This document shows positions 31,552-41,116 of a stretch of DNA of 64,000 bases, in pieces. The DNA is from Promethearchaeota archaeon (lineage in GTDB: Archaea > Asgardarchaeota > Lokiarchaeia > Sigyniarchaeales > SOKP01). The position numbers and the translations under genes were made by a program. The notes beneath the pieces are model-generated. The model was not told where the DNA came from. It was given only the letters and a program-made list of their open reading frames with translations, and did not search any database. The DNA lies in assembly GCA_048941015.1 (NCBI GenBank), contig JBHLNZ010000006.1:18431-82430 (forward strand), given 5' to 3'. Numbering within the stretch: position 1 is the first letter of the stretch; each line of letters opens with the position of its first letter.

Positions 31552-32148
31552 CCTAAAATGATTAATTATATACTAATAACGCACTTAATAAATTAATTAA
31601 AGTTTAGTTCAAAATTAATATAAATTAAAATTACAAAAAATTATGAAGGATGAAGAGTCTATTAGAAAATTTTAAAGAGTTATTATTAATGGGATCTGAT
31701 CCTTCTTTTATTCATCCAAGTGCATATCAAGCTCCGTTAAAAATTACAAAAAGATCATGAAATCGAAATAGGCGGCTAACTTGAACCCTTAATTGGAAAA
31801 TGCTATCAAATATGTCTAATGGGATAATATCGTAAGAGTAAAGGATATAGAATACTTTCTGAATCCTCCTAAAGAATCATTAAAATAAATTTTTAGGAAG
31901 ATTAACAATTATTGATTACCTGAACTTCGTAATTAGGATTTAAGATAATAAGTTTTGAATATTTAACTTCCTCGCTTACCATCTTTAAAATTTAAAGAAA
32001 TCTCAGATCTAATAGCTCAGACCTACTACTATCGGTTCATTTTTAAAACTTCGTAATTTTGTCGATCGGATAAAATTATTAACCGAAACATATTCTATCG
32101 AAAATTTAACGCAATTTTTAAATATTTGAAATCATAAATATGATATAA

Positions 32149-32178
32149 TAAAGTTCATGTTAAAAAATGTGAACTTTA
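32149..32178 (+). promoter_or_regulatory. Hairpin/inverted repeat upstream of the histone gene
   Basis: TAAAGTTCA-TGT...ATG-TGAACTTTA: 9 Watson-Crick pairs extended by two G-U pairs and one U-A pair. Confidence 0.35.
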
Positions 32179-32213
32179 CGAAATTATAACAATAAAAAAG
32201 TGGAGGAATAAAA

Positions 32214-32426
32214 ATGGCTAAAAAAGTTTTTGCCTGGAGTCCAGTTCGTAAACTAATGAAAGATAACGGTGCTGAAATGGTGGCAAGAGATGCTGTAGAT
32301 GCATTAATCGATTATTTAGAGAAACAAGCAAAAGGCGTGACCAATAAAGCTCTTGAAATGACCCGACATGCTGGTAGAAAGAAACTTACATTAGAAGATA
32401 TGGACTTGGCAATGAAATTAATGTAA
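32214..32426 (+). CDS. Archaeal histone (histone-fold protein)
   Basis: 70 aa with SPVRKLMK...GAEMVARDA...RHAGRKKL histone fold; GGAGG ribosome-binding site upstream and T-rich tract downstream. Confidence 0.92.
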   Translation: MAKKVFAWSPVRKLMKDNGAEMVARDAVDALIDYLEKQAKGVTNKALEMTRHAGRKKLTLEDMDLAMKLM

Positions 32427-32444
32427 ATTTATATTTTCAAAAAT

Positions 32445-32475
32445 TATAATTATTTTTTTTTATTTTTAAATTTTT
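32445..32475 (+). terminator. Oligo-T archaeal terminator after the histone gene
   Basis: Long T runs directly 3' of the stop codon. Confidence 0.4.
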
Positions 32476-32627
32476 AATCTCAATTTAAACTTCAATCTTA
32501 GTTCAAATAGAGCTCTATTAATATTATAGAAATTTTTAATATTTGAATTCACTCAAGTTATAAATTATATTCAAATATTATAAAAATTAAATTTATTACT
32601 AAAAGAAAGAATATAAGATTAAAATAA

Positions 32628-33821
32628 ATGAGATCAGAAAGCAACAATAAAAAGTACAAATTAAACATTTACAAAGCATATCTTTATCACTTTATTTTGG
32701 GAATTCATACTGTTAGAGCCGTGTATTACACTTTTATGACAGAATGGGGGGGACTTGTATTTTCTCAACAGATGATTTTACAAGCTTACTTTATGTTTAT
32801 GATTTTCATTCTTGAAATTCCATCGGGTGGTATTGCTGATTATCTGGGAAGAAAAAAGGGATTAATATTATCAGCATTAACTGTAATTTTAGCTGCCTTT
32901 TTTTATAGTATTATTCCAAACATATTTTTATTTTATTTAGCAGAAACATTATGGGCTTTTAGTATTGCTTTAATATCCGGAACTGATGAAACATTTTTAT
33001 TTAATTCATTAAAAGTGATAGGAAAGGAAGATCATCTTCCAAAAGTAATGGGAAATATTCAGGTTATGAATTTAATTGCATTAACTATCTCAGCACCTCT
33101 TGGGTCAATTATAGCTGAATTTGTTTCTTTACAATTTACAATGACATGTTTAGGAATTATATATATTGGGGCATTTATTACTTCATTAACTTACCATGAA
33201 CCTAAATTAGTAAATGAACAGAAATCAGAGAGATTTTTAACCATAATCAAAGATGGGTTCAAAGAGTTAAAAAAAAATAAAATTTTAAGAACATTATGTT
33301 TTGATAGGTTATTCATTAATGTATTTATTTATCTCTTATTCTGGACTTATCAACCATATCTAACAGCAATTGGAGTTCCTTTATTCATGTGGGGTTTTAT
33401 TCTATCACTCATGAATCTAACGAATGCGGGTTTATCATACTTATTTCCGAAGATTCTTAAACAATTTAAGAGAAAAATAATATTTTTGATTTCTATAAAT
33501 ATTATTAATGGTTTAGCTTTTATTTTTCTAGCAATCACTTCAAATCCCATTATAGGGGCCATATTTCTCCTATTAATAGTGGGATTTGGCTATCCAAGAT
33601 CATTAATCTATGTACATGGAATAAATAAACAAATTGCATCTGAAAACAGAGCAACAGTTTTAAGCACAATTAATATGTTTCAAAGTCTTTCAATGGCGAT
33701 ACTTTATCTCTTTATAGGATTCGCAGTTGAAATATGGGGAATTTTTTGGTTCTTTATGATTAATGGAGCTATAATTTTAATATTAACATTATTCACAAGG
33801 GCTAAAAGTTCGTATCTTTAA
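32628..33821 (+). CDS. MFS transporter
   Basis: About 12 hydrophobic segments; EIPSGGIADYLGRK motif A variant; RATVLS. Confidence 0.9.
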   Translation: MRSESNNKKYKLNIYKAYLYHFILGIHTVRAVYYTFMTEWGGLVFSQQMILQAYFMFMIFILEIPSGGIADYLGRKKGLILSALTVILAAFFYSIIPNIFLFYLAETLWAFSIALISGTDETFLFNSLKVIGKEDHLPKVMGNIQVMNLIALTISAPLGSIIAEFVSLQFTMTCLGIIYIGAFITSLTYHEPKLVNEQKSERFLTIIKDGFKELKKNKILRTLCFDRLFINVFIYLLFWTYQPYLTAIGVPLFMWGFILSLMNLTNAGLSYLFPKILKQFKRKIIFLISINIINGLAFIFLAITSNPIIGAIFLLLIVGFGYPRSLIYVHGINKQIASENRATVLSTINMFQSLSMAILYLFIGFAVEIWGIFWFFMINGAIILILTLFTRAKSSYL

Positions 33822-33929
33822 TCATATGAAGATTAAATTGATAAATGATTTATCAACTATAGTTTAAAATTCAAATAAAATGAAATATTTACTCATTTGT
33901 AGTATTTTAAAACTCAAGTGGTAGAATAA

Positions 33930-34499
33930 ATGGAAAATGAAGAAATATTTACGTTTATTGAAGGAGAAAATGTAAATCTAGTTACTTCGAGTATTAAATA
34001 TGCAAACTTATATGCTAAATGGAAAAATAATCCAAAAGTACGGATATTTTCAAGAAATGCTATGCCTCGCTCATTAGAAGAAATAAAAAAGGATTATGAA
34101 CCTTCAGAAAAAGGACAAGTGAAAGATCATATAGAGTTCTCAATTTATCATAAAGCAGATAAAAAACTTATTGGAATTTGTGGTTTAAATAGAATAAACT
34201 GGTTTAATAGATCTGCCAATGCCTTCTTGATGATTGGAGAGACTGACTACTGGAATAAGAAAATTGCTACTGAAGCCGTAAAACTGCTTCTTAAGTATGC
34301 CTTTGAAGAAGTTAACCTCCACAGGGTTACTGGGGGTGCTGCTGTTGATAATATTTATTCATGGAAGGTAGCTGAAAAAGTTGGTTTCACTTTTGAAGGG
34401 ATTTCGAAAGAGGATTTTTATGTTGATGGCAAATATGTTGATAATAAAAAGTATTATTATTTAAAGCGAGATTGGTTGAAACGACAGGAGAATCAGTAG
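33930..34499 (+). CDS. GNAT N-acetyltransferase, RimJ/RimL family
   Basis: IGETDYWNKKIATEA and NIYSWKVAEKVGFTFEG motifs. Confidence 0.88.
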   Translation: MENEEIFTFIEGENVNLVTSSIKYANLYAKWKNNPKVRIFSRNAMPRSLEEIKKDYEPSEKGQVKDHIEFSIYHKADKKLIGICGLNRINWFNRSANAFLMIGETDYWNKKIATEAVKLLLKYAFEEVNLHRVTGGAAVDNIYSWKVAEKVGFTFEGISKEDFYVDGKYVDNKKYYYLKRDWLKRQENQ

Positions 34500-34504
34500 A
34501 AAAG

Positions 34505-35077
34505 ATGAATATGTTAGGAATAGCTCCATTTATTGAAGGTGAACATGTAGATTTATTACCATTAAATGAAGATAATTTTGCACTATATACTAAATGGGAA
34601 AATTTACCAGATGTTAGAAAATATTCGAGGAATGTTTTTCCACTTACTAAAGAAGATTATAAAAAACTTATTGGACCACCTAATGGTAAAATTAAGAAAT
34701 TCATACCTTTTGAAATATGGCACAAAAGAGATAAAAAACCAATTGGTACATGTGAAGTATCTGAAATTAATTGGATTAATCGTCATGCATATTTAGGGAT
34801 ATTAATTGGAGAACAAAGTTACTGGAATCAAAATCTATGCACAGAAGTAGCTAAATTACTGACTAAATACGCTTTTGAGGAGATGAACCTTAAGAAACTT
34901 TACTGGGGTGCTTTTAATCCAAACCTAGGATCTCAGCGCTGTTGTGAGAAAGCTGGATTTAAACTTGAAGCAACTCTAAAAAATGACATATATATTGACG
35001 GAAAATATTTTAATACATTAATTTATTCTCTTTTTAGAAAGGATTGGTTAAATGAAAAATCAGGTAGAATTAATTAA
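34505..35077 (+). CDS. GNAT N-acetyltransferase, RimJ/RimL family (tandem paralogue)
   Basis: Aligns with the upstream GNAT (FIEGEHVDL, INWINR, EKAGFKLE). ATG at 34505 preferred over the overlapping TTG at 34472. Confidence 0.85.
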   Translation: MNMLGIAPFIEGEHVDLLPLNEDNFALYTKWENLPDVRKYSRNVFPLTKEDYKKLIGPPNGKIKKFIPFEIWHKRDKKPIGTCEVSEINWINRHAYLGILIGEQSYWNQNLCTEVAKLLTKYAFEEMNLKKLYWGAFNPNLGSQRCCEKAGFKLEATLKNDIYIDGKYFNTLIYSLFRKDWLNEKSGRIN

Positions 35078-35130
35078 GGTTTTTCACAAATTTAGAGAAA
35101 TATTGTAATAATCAAGAATCAATGAAAATG

Positions 35131-36708
35131 TTAATTTAAGATTGGTAATAAAATAATGAATTTACTTCCTTGAGTATAATCTCCTTTAACTTTATCTTCA
35201 ACCCAGATTTTACCCTTATAGCTCTCAATAATTTTTTTTACTAAAGATAGCCCAAGCCCCATACCTTTAGTACCTTTTAATTCTCTTTTTCCACGCTCGA
35301 AAATAAGTTTCTTTCTTTCATCAGCTACTCCGATTCCATTATCAATGAATTCTAATTTATAATAATCTTTCTTATCATAATTTTGAGTTGAGATCTTGAT
35401 ATTAATTTCTACAGAAGGATTCTTGTTATATTTTATAGCATTAATTAATACATTCTCAAAAACTTCCTGTAAATATTCATTCGCATTAACTATAATTTCA
35501 TCACAAAATTGCTTTATTTTTATATTCAGAAGTCTTTCTGAATATGATTTTTTAATGAATTCTATTGAATTTTCCAGTTGTTCACGTACATCAATTGGAT
35601 TAATAGATATTTGGCTTTCCTCAAATTCAGAAAGAGTTTGAACGTTACTTACTAACTTTGACCCTCTTTGAATTTGTCTTTTTATAATATTTGCTATACT
35701 TTCAATTTCTTTAGATTCTACATTACCTCGTAGATTAAGGATTGTAAGTTCAGCCGAAGAATTAACAATTTGAAGTATATTGTTAATGTCATGAGCAAAA
35801 AGATCCTTATAAAAATTTGCTCTGTCATATGCTTCACGATACTTCTGTTCAGATATTTTTAATGTATTTTCCGCTATTTTCCTCTCAGTGATGTCTATTA
35901 CCATCGAACGTGACTCTACAACGTTTCCATCTTTATCAATTATAGGTTTTACAGATAAACTTATCCACACAGGTTCTCCATTCTTTCTCATCATTTGAAG
36001 TTCTTCATCTTGGCTTGTCTCTCCATTTAAAAATTTTTGAAACAACTTCTTTGCTTTTTGAGTGCCATGTTCAGAATCATAATAAAGCTCAAAAAATTTC
36101 TTATTTAATAACTCTTCTTTAGAATACCTTAATAATTTCTCAGCGGCAGCATTACAACCAACAATTAATCCATCTCGGTTAACAGAGAAATAAGCATTTG
36201 GAGCTTCCTCATAGAGATCTCGATATTTTTCTTCACTTTTCCTAATTTTTTCTGCTGCAACTTTTATTTTTAATTCAGCTTCTTTCTTTTCTGTTATATC
36301 TATAAATGTAGCAAATATAGAGGGTAAACTTTTATAATTTAGCATTTTAGAATGCAAATCAATCCATTTTATCATTCCAGACTTTGTAATTATTCTAATA
36401 GTATAATGAGAACTAATACTTTTCTCATCAATCAACTTCCTATTTAAATTTTCTACAACAATAGGTAGATCTTCAGGATGGATTTTTTCCATAAATTCAT
36501 TTTGAGACCAATTTCTTAATTCATTAAGAGAATATCCTGAAATATCAGATACTGCATTATTAGTATAATTAACATAGCCATTTTGTAAAATTATAATTCC
36601 CAATGAAGACTCTTCCACAAGAGTTCTAAAGATTTCTTCTGAGAGCCCTAAATTATTTATTTTACTACTAATAAGAGATTTTTGTTTTGATGTCACACAA
36701 ATAACCAT
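35131..36708 (-). CDS. Cytoplasmic PAS-PAS sensor histidine kinase
   Basis: Two PAS/PAC domains; H-box AHDINNIL, N-box NAIKY, DNGIG and GMGLGL. Confidence 0.92.
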   Translation of the reverse strand: MVICVTSKQKSLISSKINNLGLSEEIFRTLVEESSLGIIILQNGYVNYTNNAVSDISGYSLNELRNWSQNEFMEKIHPEDLPIVVENLNRKLIDEKSISSHYTIRIITKSGMIKWIDLHSKMLNYKSLPSIFATFIDITEKKEAELKIKVAAEKIRKSEEKYRDLYEEAPNAYFSVNRDGLIVGCNAAAEKLLRYSKEELLNKKFFELYYDSEHGTQKAKKLFQKFLNGETSQDEELQMMRKNGEPVWISLSVKPIIDKDGNVVESRSMVIDITERKIAENTLKISEQKYREAYDRANFYKDLFAHDINNILQIVNSSAELTILNLRGNVESKEIESIANIIKRQIQRGSKLVSNVQTLSEFEESQISINPIDVREQLENSIEFIKKSYSERLLNIKIKQFCDEIIVNANEYLQEVFENVLINAIKYNKNPSVEINIKISTQNYDKKDYYKLEFIDNGIGVADERKKLIFERGKRELKGTKGMGLGLSLVKKIIESYKGKIWVEDKVKGDYTQGSKFIILLPILN

Positions 36709-36896
36709 ACTTTTAATTCGCTTAAAATAGCTAATTTGTTAAAAATTTCACTATTAAAGCATATATAATATTATTAAAGTAAATCTTTTTTACTATATTA
36801 TCTTTATATTTTAAAAGTTTGTCGCCAACCGCACGAACTAAAAGATTTTATTAAAAAAAAATAAAAAATTTAAAAAAAAAGATTTGAAAAATTTGA

Positions 36897-37145
36897 TTAC
36901 CCACCTCCAATAGGGGGAAAAATGGCAATTATATCACCATCCTTAACTATATAATCTTCTTGAATATGAGGCCTACCGTTTACTAATATTATTAATTTTG
37001 TTTTTTGTTCAGAAATTTTATATTTATCTAGAATTGATTTAATAGTGCTGTTTTTTGGGAATCTTTCTTTTGATTTTGCAGGTCCATAATTTAATAAATC
37101 GGCAAAAAATTTAATCGTGACAATAATTTCGCGATTTTCACTCAT
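36897..37145 (-). CDS. moaD: MoaD/ThiS ubiquitin-like sulfur carrier
   Basis: Beta-grasp pattern ending DGDIIAIFPPIGGG; downstream of aor. Confidence 0.85.
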   Translation of the reverse strand: MSENREIIVTIKFFADLLNYGPAKSKERFPKNSTIKSILDKYKISEQKTKLIILVNGRPHIQEDYIVKDGDIIAIFPPIGGG

Positions 37146-37425
37146 CTTCAGCTCTCTTGAAATACCATTTATATAATAGGCTCATGTTCTTAGGAAAAAT
37201 ACCTACTCTATCTCCATCTTTCACTTTTTTACTGAATCCAGCATAAATACTATTTACGAATATGTGGCTAGTTTCATTCTTTTCAATCGAAAATTTCTCT
37301 AATATATCTGAAATAGTTTTCACTTCTGATGAATTAAGATCTAACGTTAAAGGTGCTGCACCTGGTTCTAGATTTTGTTGGATTTTTTTTCTTAAATCTC
37401 CAAATATTCTCAGATGGATCGTCAT
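37138..37425 (-). CDS. MoaD/ThiS-like protein lacking C-terminal Gly-Gly
   Basis: IFVN...VKDGDRVGIFP followed by KNMSLLYKWYFKRAEDE. Confidence 0.75.
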   Translation of the reverse strand: MTIHLRIFGDLRKKIQQNLEPGAAPLTLDLNSSEVKTISDILEKFSIEKNETSHIFVNSIYAGFSKKVKDGDRVGIFPKNMSLLYKWYFKRAEDE

Positions 37426-37442
37426 TTTTAATCCGTAGCAAA

Positions 37443-39185
37443 TTAAAATACACTATCTAAATCTTCATCAGTTACATTAAACACTTCATTGGTAGGTGGC
37501 AACTTTTCTTCTAAGAAAAATTCTGGAAGTCTATCATGCACCGATGTAAATCCTGCAGCTTTATTGAATGCCATCTCGGTATCTATTATTTGTTTACCAT
37601 AAGGTGCTACATCATTTACCGTCAATGATGCGCCTAATACACCGTTTAAGGATTCAACAACACCTTGTAATCCTTCAGGTATATCTAAAATGGCAAATGC
37701 AATAAATAGGCAATATCCCGTAGCATCTACAGCAGCTGTTGCTATTTGTAAAGTACGTGATATTTCCGCCTTTTTTGGGTCTCTGGGATCAGCCTGTCCA
37801 CCAACTCCGAGAATCTCTGGAGCGATAGCATAACCTGCGGTATGGTCGGCACCCATCGGAGTTGTTGCGTAAGTTACACCAATACCTTTAATTGCTCGGG
37901 GATCATATGCAGGAAAACCCTGACCTTTTACGGTTGGAATTCTTGTTACTCCTAATACTTTTCCGGTTATTTCGGTACCATTAGCAAGAATCTTACCCGT
38001 TGGTGTTTTTCTCCTTATTTCCTCCATGAGTTTGAGAGCACCTTTTCCATCTCCAAAATCAATTAAACCGCCTTCCATTGCTACAGCAAGGGTATCTCCC
38101 GCCTCGATTGTATCTAAACCTAAATCATTACAAGCTCTATTTAATTCTCCAACAGTATCTAAATCGTAAATCCCACAGTTTGCTCCTAATGCCCAAACGC
38201 TTTCATATTCTAAAACTCCAACAGGATCCTTTCCACCTGGTTTTGTCCAAACTTCTGAACATTGAATTATACAACCTGGATTGCAGAAATGTGGACGTAC
38301 TCCCCCTCTTTTCTTGATTTCCTCTGCTTTTTTTTCTCCCGAAATGTTCTGAGCTCTATCATCTTGCCCTGCTGAAAAATTTCTCTGTGGTAATCCACCA
38401 GCTTCATTAATAATATTGACTAACACACTTGTTCCATAACTATTTAAAGCACCTCCTGGTTTTGTAACATCGTGAGTTGTAAGTGCTTCTCTAAGCTTTC
38501 TAATTCCTTCCCTAAATACTTCCTCATTAGCAATTTCTACTCCTGGTGCACCCGTTTCATCAACAACAATAAACTTCAGACCTTTAGATGCCATTACTGC
38601 ACCTAGCCCACCTCTACCAGCATATCTACTAGATAATCCTTCAGGATCATTAAAACAAAGACCAGAGGCACTCCCTAAAATTTCCGCTGCAATACCCACT
38701 CCACAAATACTAACATTCTTATCACCAAACTCCTTAAATAAATCTTTATAAACTCCATATAATCCTTTTCCAGACCATTTATTAGCATTGATAATTTCAG
38801 CACCATCATTAGTGACCTTTAAAAGATAATAATCATTCCCTTTATGTTTACCTTCAACAATTATGGCACCAATTCTCATGCGAGCTACCCTTTGAGCAAA
38901 ATTAGTCCCTGCGTTTGCTTCTTTTATTCCACCTGTTAAAGGAGATTTCCCTCCAACAGATATCCTGCCTGAAGTTGGAGCAGCTGTTCCAGTCACTATA
39001 CCAGGAGCTAAAACTAACTTATTATGAACTCCTAAAGGATCACATGTTGGTGGAACTTCTTTAGAAACGATCGTCGAAGTCATTGCTCTACCGCCTAGTG
39101 CCGCATATTCACTAGGTAAGTCTTCAAATTTTGCTTGAAGATTTGTCATATCTACTCTTAATATTCTTTTTGGCAAAATTTTCAC
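37443..39185 (-). CDS. aor: Tungsten-dependent aldehyde:ferredoxin oxidoreductase family
   Basis: KSPLTGGIKEANAG, AGRGGLGAVM, EYES, DLGLDTI and YDPR motifs. Confidence 0.92.
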   Translation of the reverse strand: MKILPKRILRVDMTNLQAKFEDLPSEYAALGGRAMTSTIVSKEVPPTCDPLGVHNKLVLAPGIVTGTAAPTSGRISVGGKSPLTGGIKEANAGTNFAQRVARMRIGAIIVEGKHKGNDYYLLKVTNDGAEIINANKWSGKGLYGVYKDLFKEFGDKNVSICGVGIAAEILGSASGLCFNDPEGLSSRYAGRGGLGAVMASKGLKFIVVDETGAPGVEIANEEVFREGIRKLREALTTHDVTKPGGALNSYGTSVLVNIINEAGGLPQRNFSAGQDDRAQNISGEKKAEEIKKRGGVRPHFCNPGCIIQCSEVWTKPGGKDPVGVLEYESVWALGANCGIYDLDTVGELNRACNDLGLDTIEAGDTLAVAMEGGLIDFGDGKGALKLMEEIRRKTPTGKILANGTEITGKVLGVTRIPTVKGQGFPAYDPRAIKGIGVTYATTPMGADHTAGYAIAPEILGVGGQADPRDPKKAEISRTLQIATAAVDATGYCLFIAFAILDIPEGLQGVVESLNGVLGASLTVNDVAPYGKQIIDTEMAFNKAAGFTSVHDRLPEFFLEEKLPPTNEVFNVTDEDLDSVF

Positions 39186-39258
39186 CTCTAAATTTGTGAC
39201 AATTAAAGTTTTGTTAAGTTTTTATTTAAGTTTTCGTTATGTATGAAGGGAAAGAACG

Positions 39259-39278
39259 CAATGTTAAATATAACATTG
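39259..39278. promoter_or_regulatory. Palindromic putative operator upstream of aor
   Basis: Perfect 8-bp inverted repeat CAATGTTA-AATA-TAACATTG. Confidence 0.4.
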
Positions 39279-39322
39279 AATATTAACGTTCAAATAAAAT
39301 AGTAAAAAAAAGATTTTATAAA

Positions 39323-40534
39323 TTAAAAATCGATATCTCTACCTTCATAAGCATATTTAAATAATTTCTTAAACTCCTCACCGCCTACTTGCCTGGAACT
39401 TAATACACTAGATGAATCTTCAAAACATAAAGAGACTAACAAATCTAAATTTTTTTCAAAATCCTGTTTTGAAATACCTGTATCTTCATATTTAGTAGGA
39501 AAATCCACTTCTTTTTGCAAATTTTTAACTTTATCAATTACTATATAAGCTGCCTTCTTTGTTTCTTCTTCCCATTTAGCCCAACCTAATTGTTTGGCAA
39601 CTTTTGCTAAGAGATCTACGGTTTTATCTTCTGGATCATCATTGTTCATTATATATTGAGTGACATACGGAAGAGCAATACCAACGGCTCTACCATGAGG
39701 GACATGAAATAATGAACCAAATGTATGACCAAGTGTATGCCCTATATGTGCTTGCCCATTGCTAATGGCAAGACCAGCTAAAGATGCAGCTTGGTGCAAA
39801 AAATCTCTTGCTTTCATGTTATTACCGTCCTGATAAGCAACAGGTAAATATTCGAAAATCAGTTCTATTGCTTTTAGAGCCAAAGCATAGCTAAATTCAT
39901 TTCTCCATAATGATCCAATTGCTTCAAGAGCATGTGCTAAAGCGTCAAATCCAGTATCAGCAGTTAATTTAGGAGGCATACCCATTGGAAAAATGGGGTC
40001 AACAATGGCATAAGTTGGAACCATACCTCGATGTAGGAAGAAAAACTTTTTCCATATATCACTTTCAAATCTAGATACCACTGAAATAAACGTTGTTTCT
40101 GAACCTGTTCCAGAGGTTGTTGGTATTGCTACAAACTTTGCTTTCTTACCCAAATCATATAAATCATCCCGGAAAGCGTGTACATCATCCATTTCAAATT
40201 CTGGAAACTCATATAAAACCCACATTGTTTTAGCAGTATCAATTACAGATCCTCCGCCTAGAGCGATAATGATATCTGGTTTGTAAGCAATGCATTGTTC
40301 TTTTGCTTTTAAAATTCCTTCTTCTTTAGGATTTGGAACAACATCGTTAAAGGATTCATAAGCTTTTCCTAAATTATCAAGCTTATCGGTCAATATTTTT
40401 AGATATCCTAAATCCTCGATAACTTTATCAGTAACAATAAAACACTTATTACCACTGATTTTTTCTAAAAAATCAAGCGCTTCTTCCCCATATACTATAT
40501 GAGGACTATTAAAATACCACATTTTTTTAAACAC
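39323..40534 (-). CDS. Iron-containing alcohol dehydrogenase
   Basis: GGGSVID, PTTSGTGSE, DALAHALE, GHTLGH and HGRA motifs. Confidence 0.92.
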   Translation of the reverse strand: MFKKMWYFNSPHIVYGEEALDFLEKISGNKCFIVTDKVIEDLGYLKILTDKLDNLGKAYESFNDVVPNPKEEGILKAKEQCIAYKPDIIIALGGGSVIDTAKTMWVLYEFPEFEMDDVHAFRDDLYDLGKKAKFVAIPTTSGTGSETTFISVVSRFESDIWKKFFFLHRGMVPTYAIVDPIFPMGMPPKLTADTGFDALAHALEAIGSLWRNEFSYALALKAIELIFEYLPVAYQDGNNMKARDFLHQAASLAGLAISNGQAHIGHTLGHTFGSLFHVPHGRAVGIALPYVTQYIMNNDDPEDKTVDLLAKVAKQLGWAKWEEETKKAAYIVIDKVKNLQKEVDFPTKYEDTGISKQDFEKNLDLLVSLCFEDSSSVLSSRQVGGEEFKKLFKYAYEGRDIDF

Positions 40535-40654
40535 CCATTAAAAATTTTCAAGTTAATTAAAATTGGATTTGTAAAATAAGAAGGTATTAAGATTTAAATT
40601 TTTAATAGTTTAAATAATAAAAAAGTTAAACTTATTTCAAAATATAATTATAAA

Positions 40655-40777
40655 CAGGCTCGGGGGGATATATCCAAGAAATGTGAAGTACATATCATTT
40701 TGAACCCCCGCTCGTCAGCTTACTCCTTTGATTTAAGTTAGGAGGCTGCCGCGATATCCATGCTTCGCCACGAGCCT
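40655..40777 (-). tRNA. tRNA-Arg(CCT) with two introns (37/38: 40721-40738; T-loop about 58/59: 40670-40699)
   Basis: Spliced 75-nt cloverleaf AGGCTCG TG GCGA AGCATGGATA TCGC G GCAGC CTCCTAA GCTGA CGAGC GGGGG TTCAAAT CCCCC CGAGCCT G. Both inserts (18 and 30 nt) fold into BHB-like motifs. No encoded CCA. Confidence 0.88.
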
Positions 40778-40840
40778 TTAGCTAAAGTCTTGATAATATA
40801 TTAATATAAAAGTATGATATCATAAAAATTTAGATATAAA

Positions 40841-40990
40841 TCAAATATTCAATTTACTCCTATAATAATTGACTCCACATATTTCACAGAAATATTTTCC
40901 ATCTACAAAAATGGCTTTTTCTTTAGATATTTCTTTTTGACAATTTTTTACACAGCATATAACAGTTTCCTGTTTTTTATGATTATTCAT
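40841..40990 (-). CDS. 49-aa zinc-binding microprotein (treble-clef/LIM/TRASH-like)
   Basis: Manual translation MNNHKKQETVICCVKNCQKEISKEKAIFVDGKYFCEICGVNYYRSKLNI; below the ORF-track size cutoff. Confidence 0.6.
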   Translation of the reverse strand: MNNHKKQETVICCVKNCQKEISKEKAIFVDGKYFCEICGVNYYRSKLNI

Positions 40991-41116
40991 TTTTATTCAA
41001 AATTATGTGATCTTTAAAAGGATAAAAGAATACCTAAATCAAAAGGTTTTAATTCTGACATTTAATTTAATTATTATTACAAGATTTTTTAAATATTTTT
41101 TTTAGTGTTTTTAAAA

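Noticed and set aside
35171-35182. 12-nt match (TGAGTATAATCT) between the tnpB 3' flank (26465-26476) and the histidine kinase gene, as a possible guide target
   Set aside because: Too short for AT-rich DNA, and the guide boundary and TAM are unknown; chance is a sufficient explanation.
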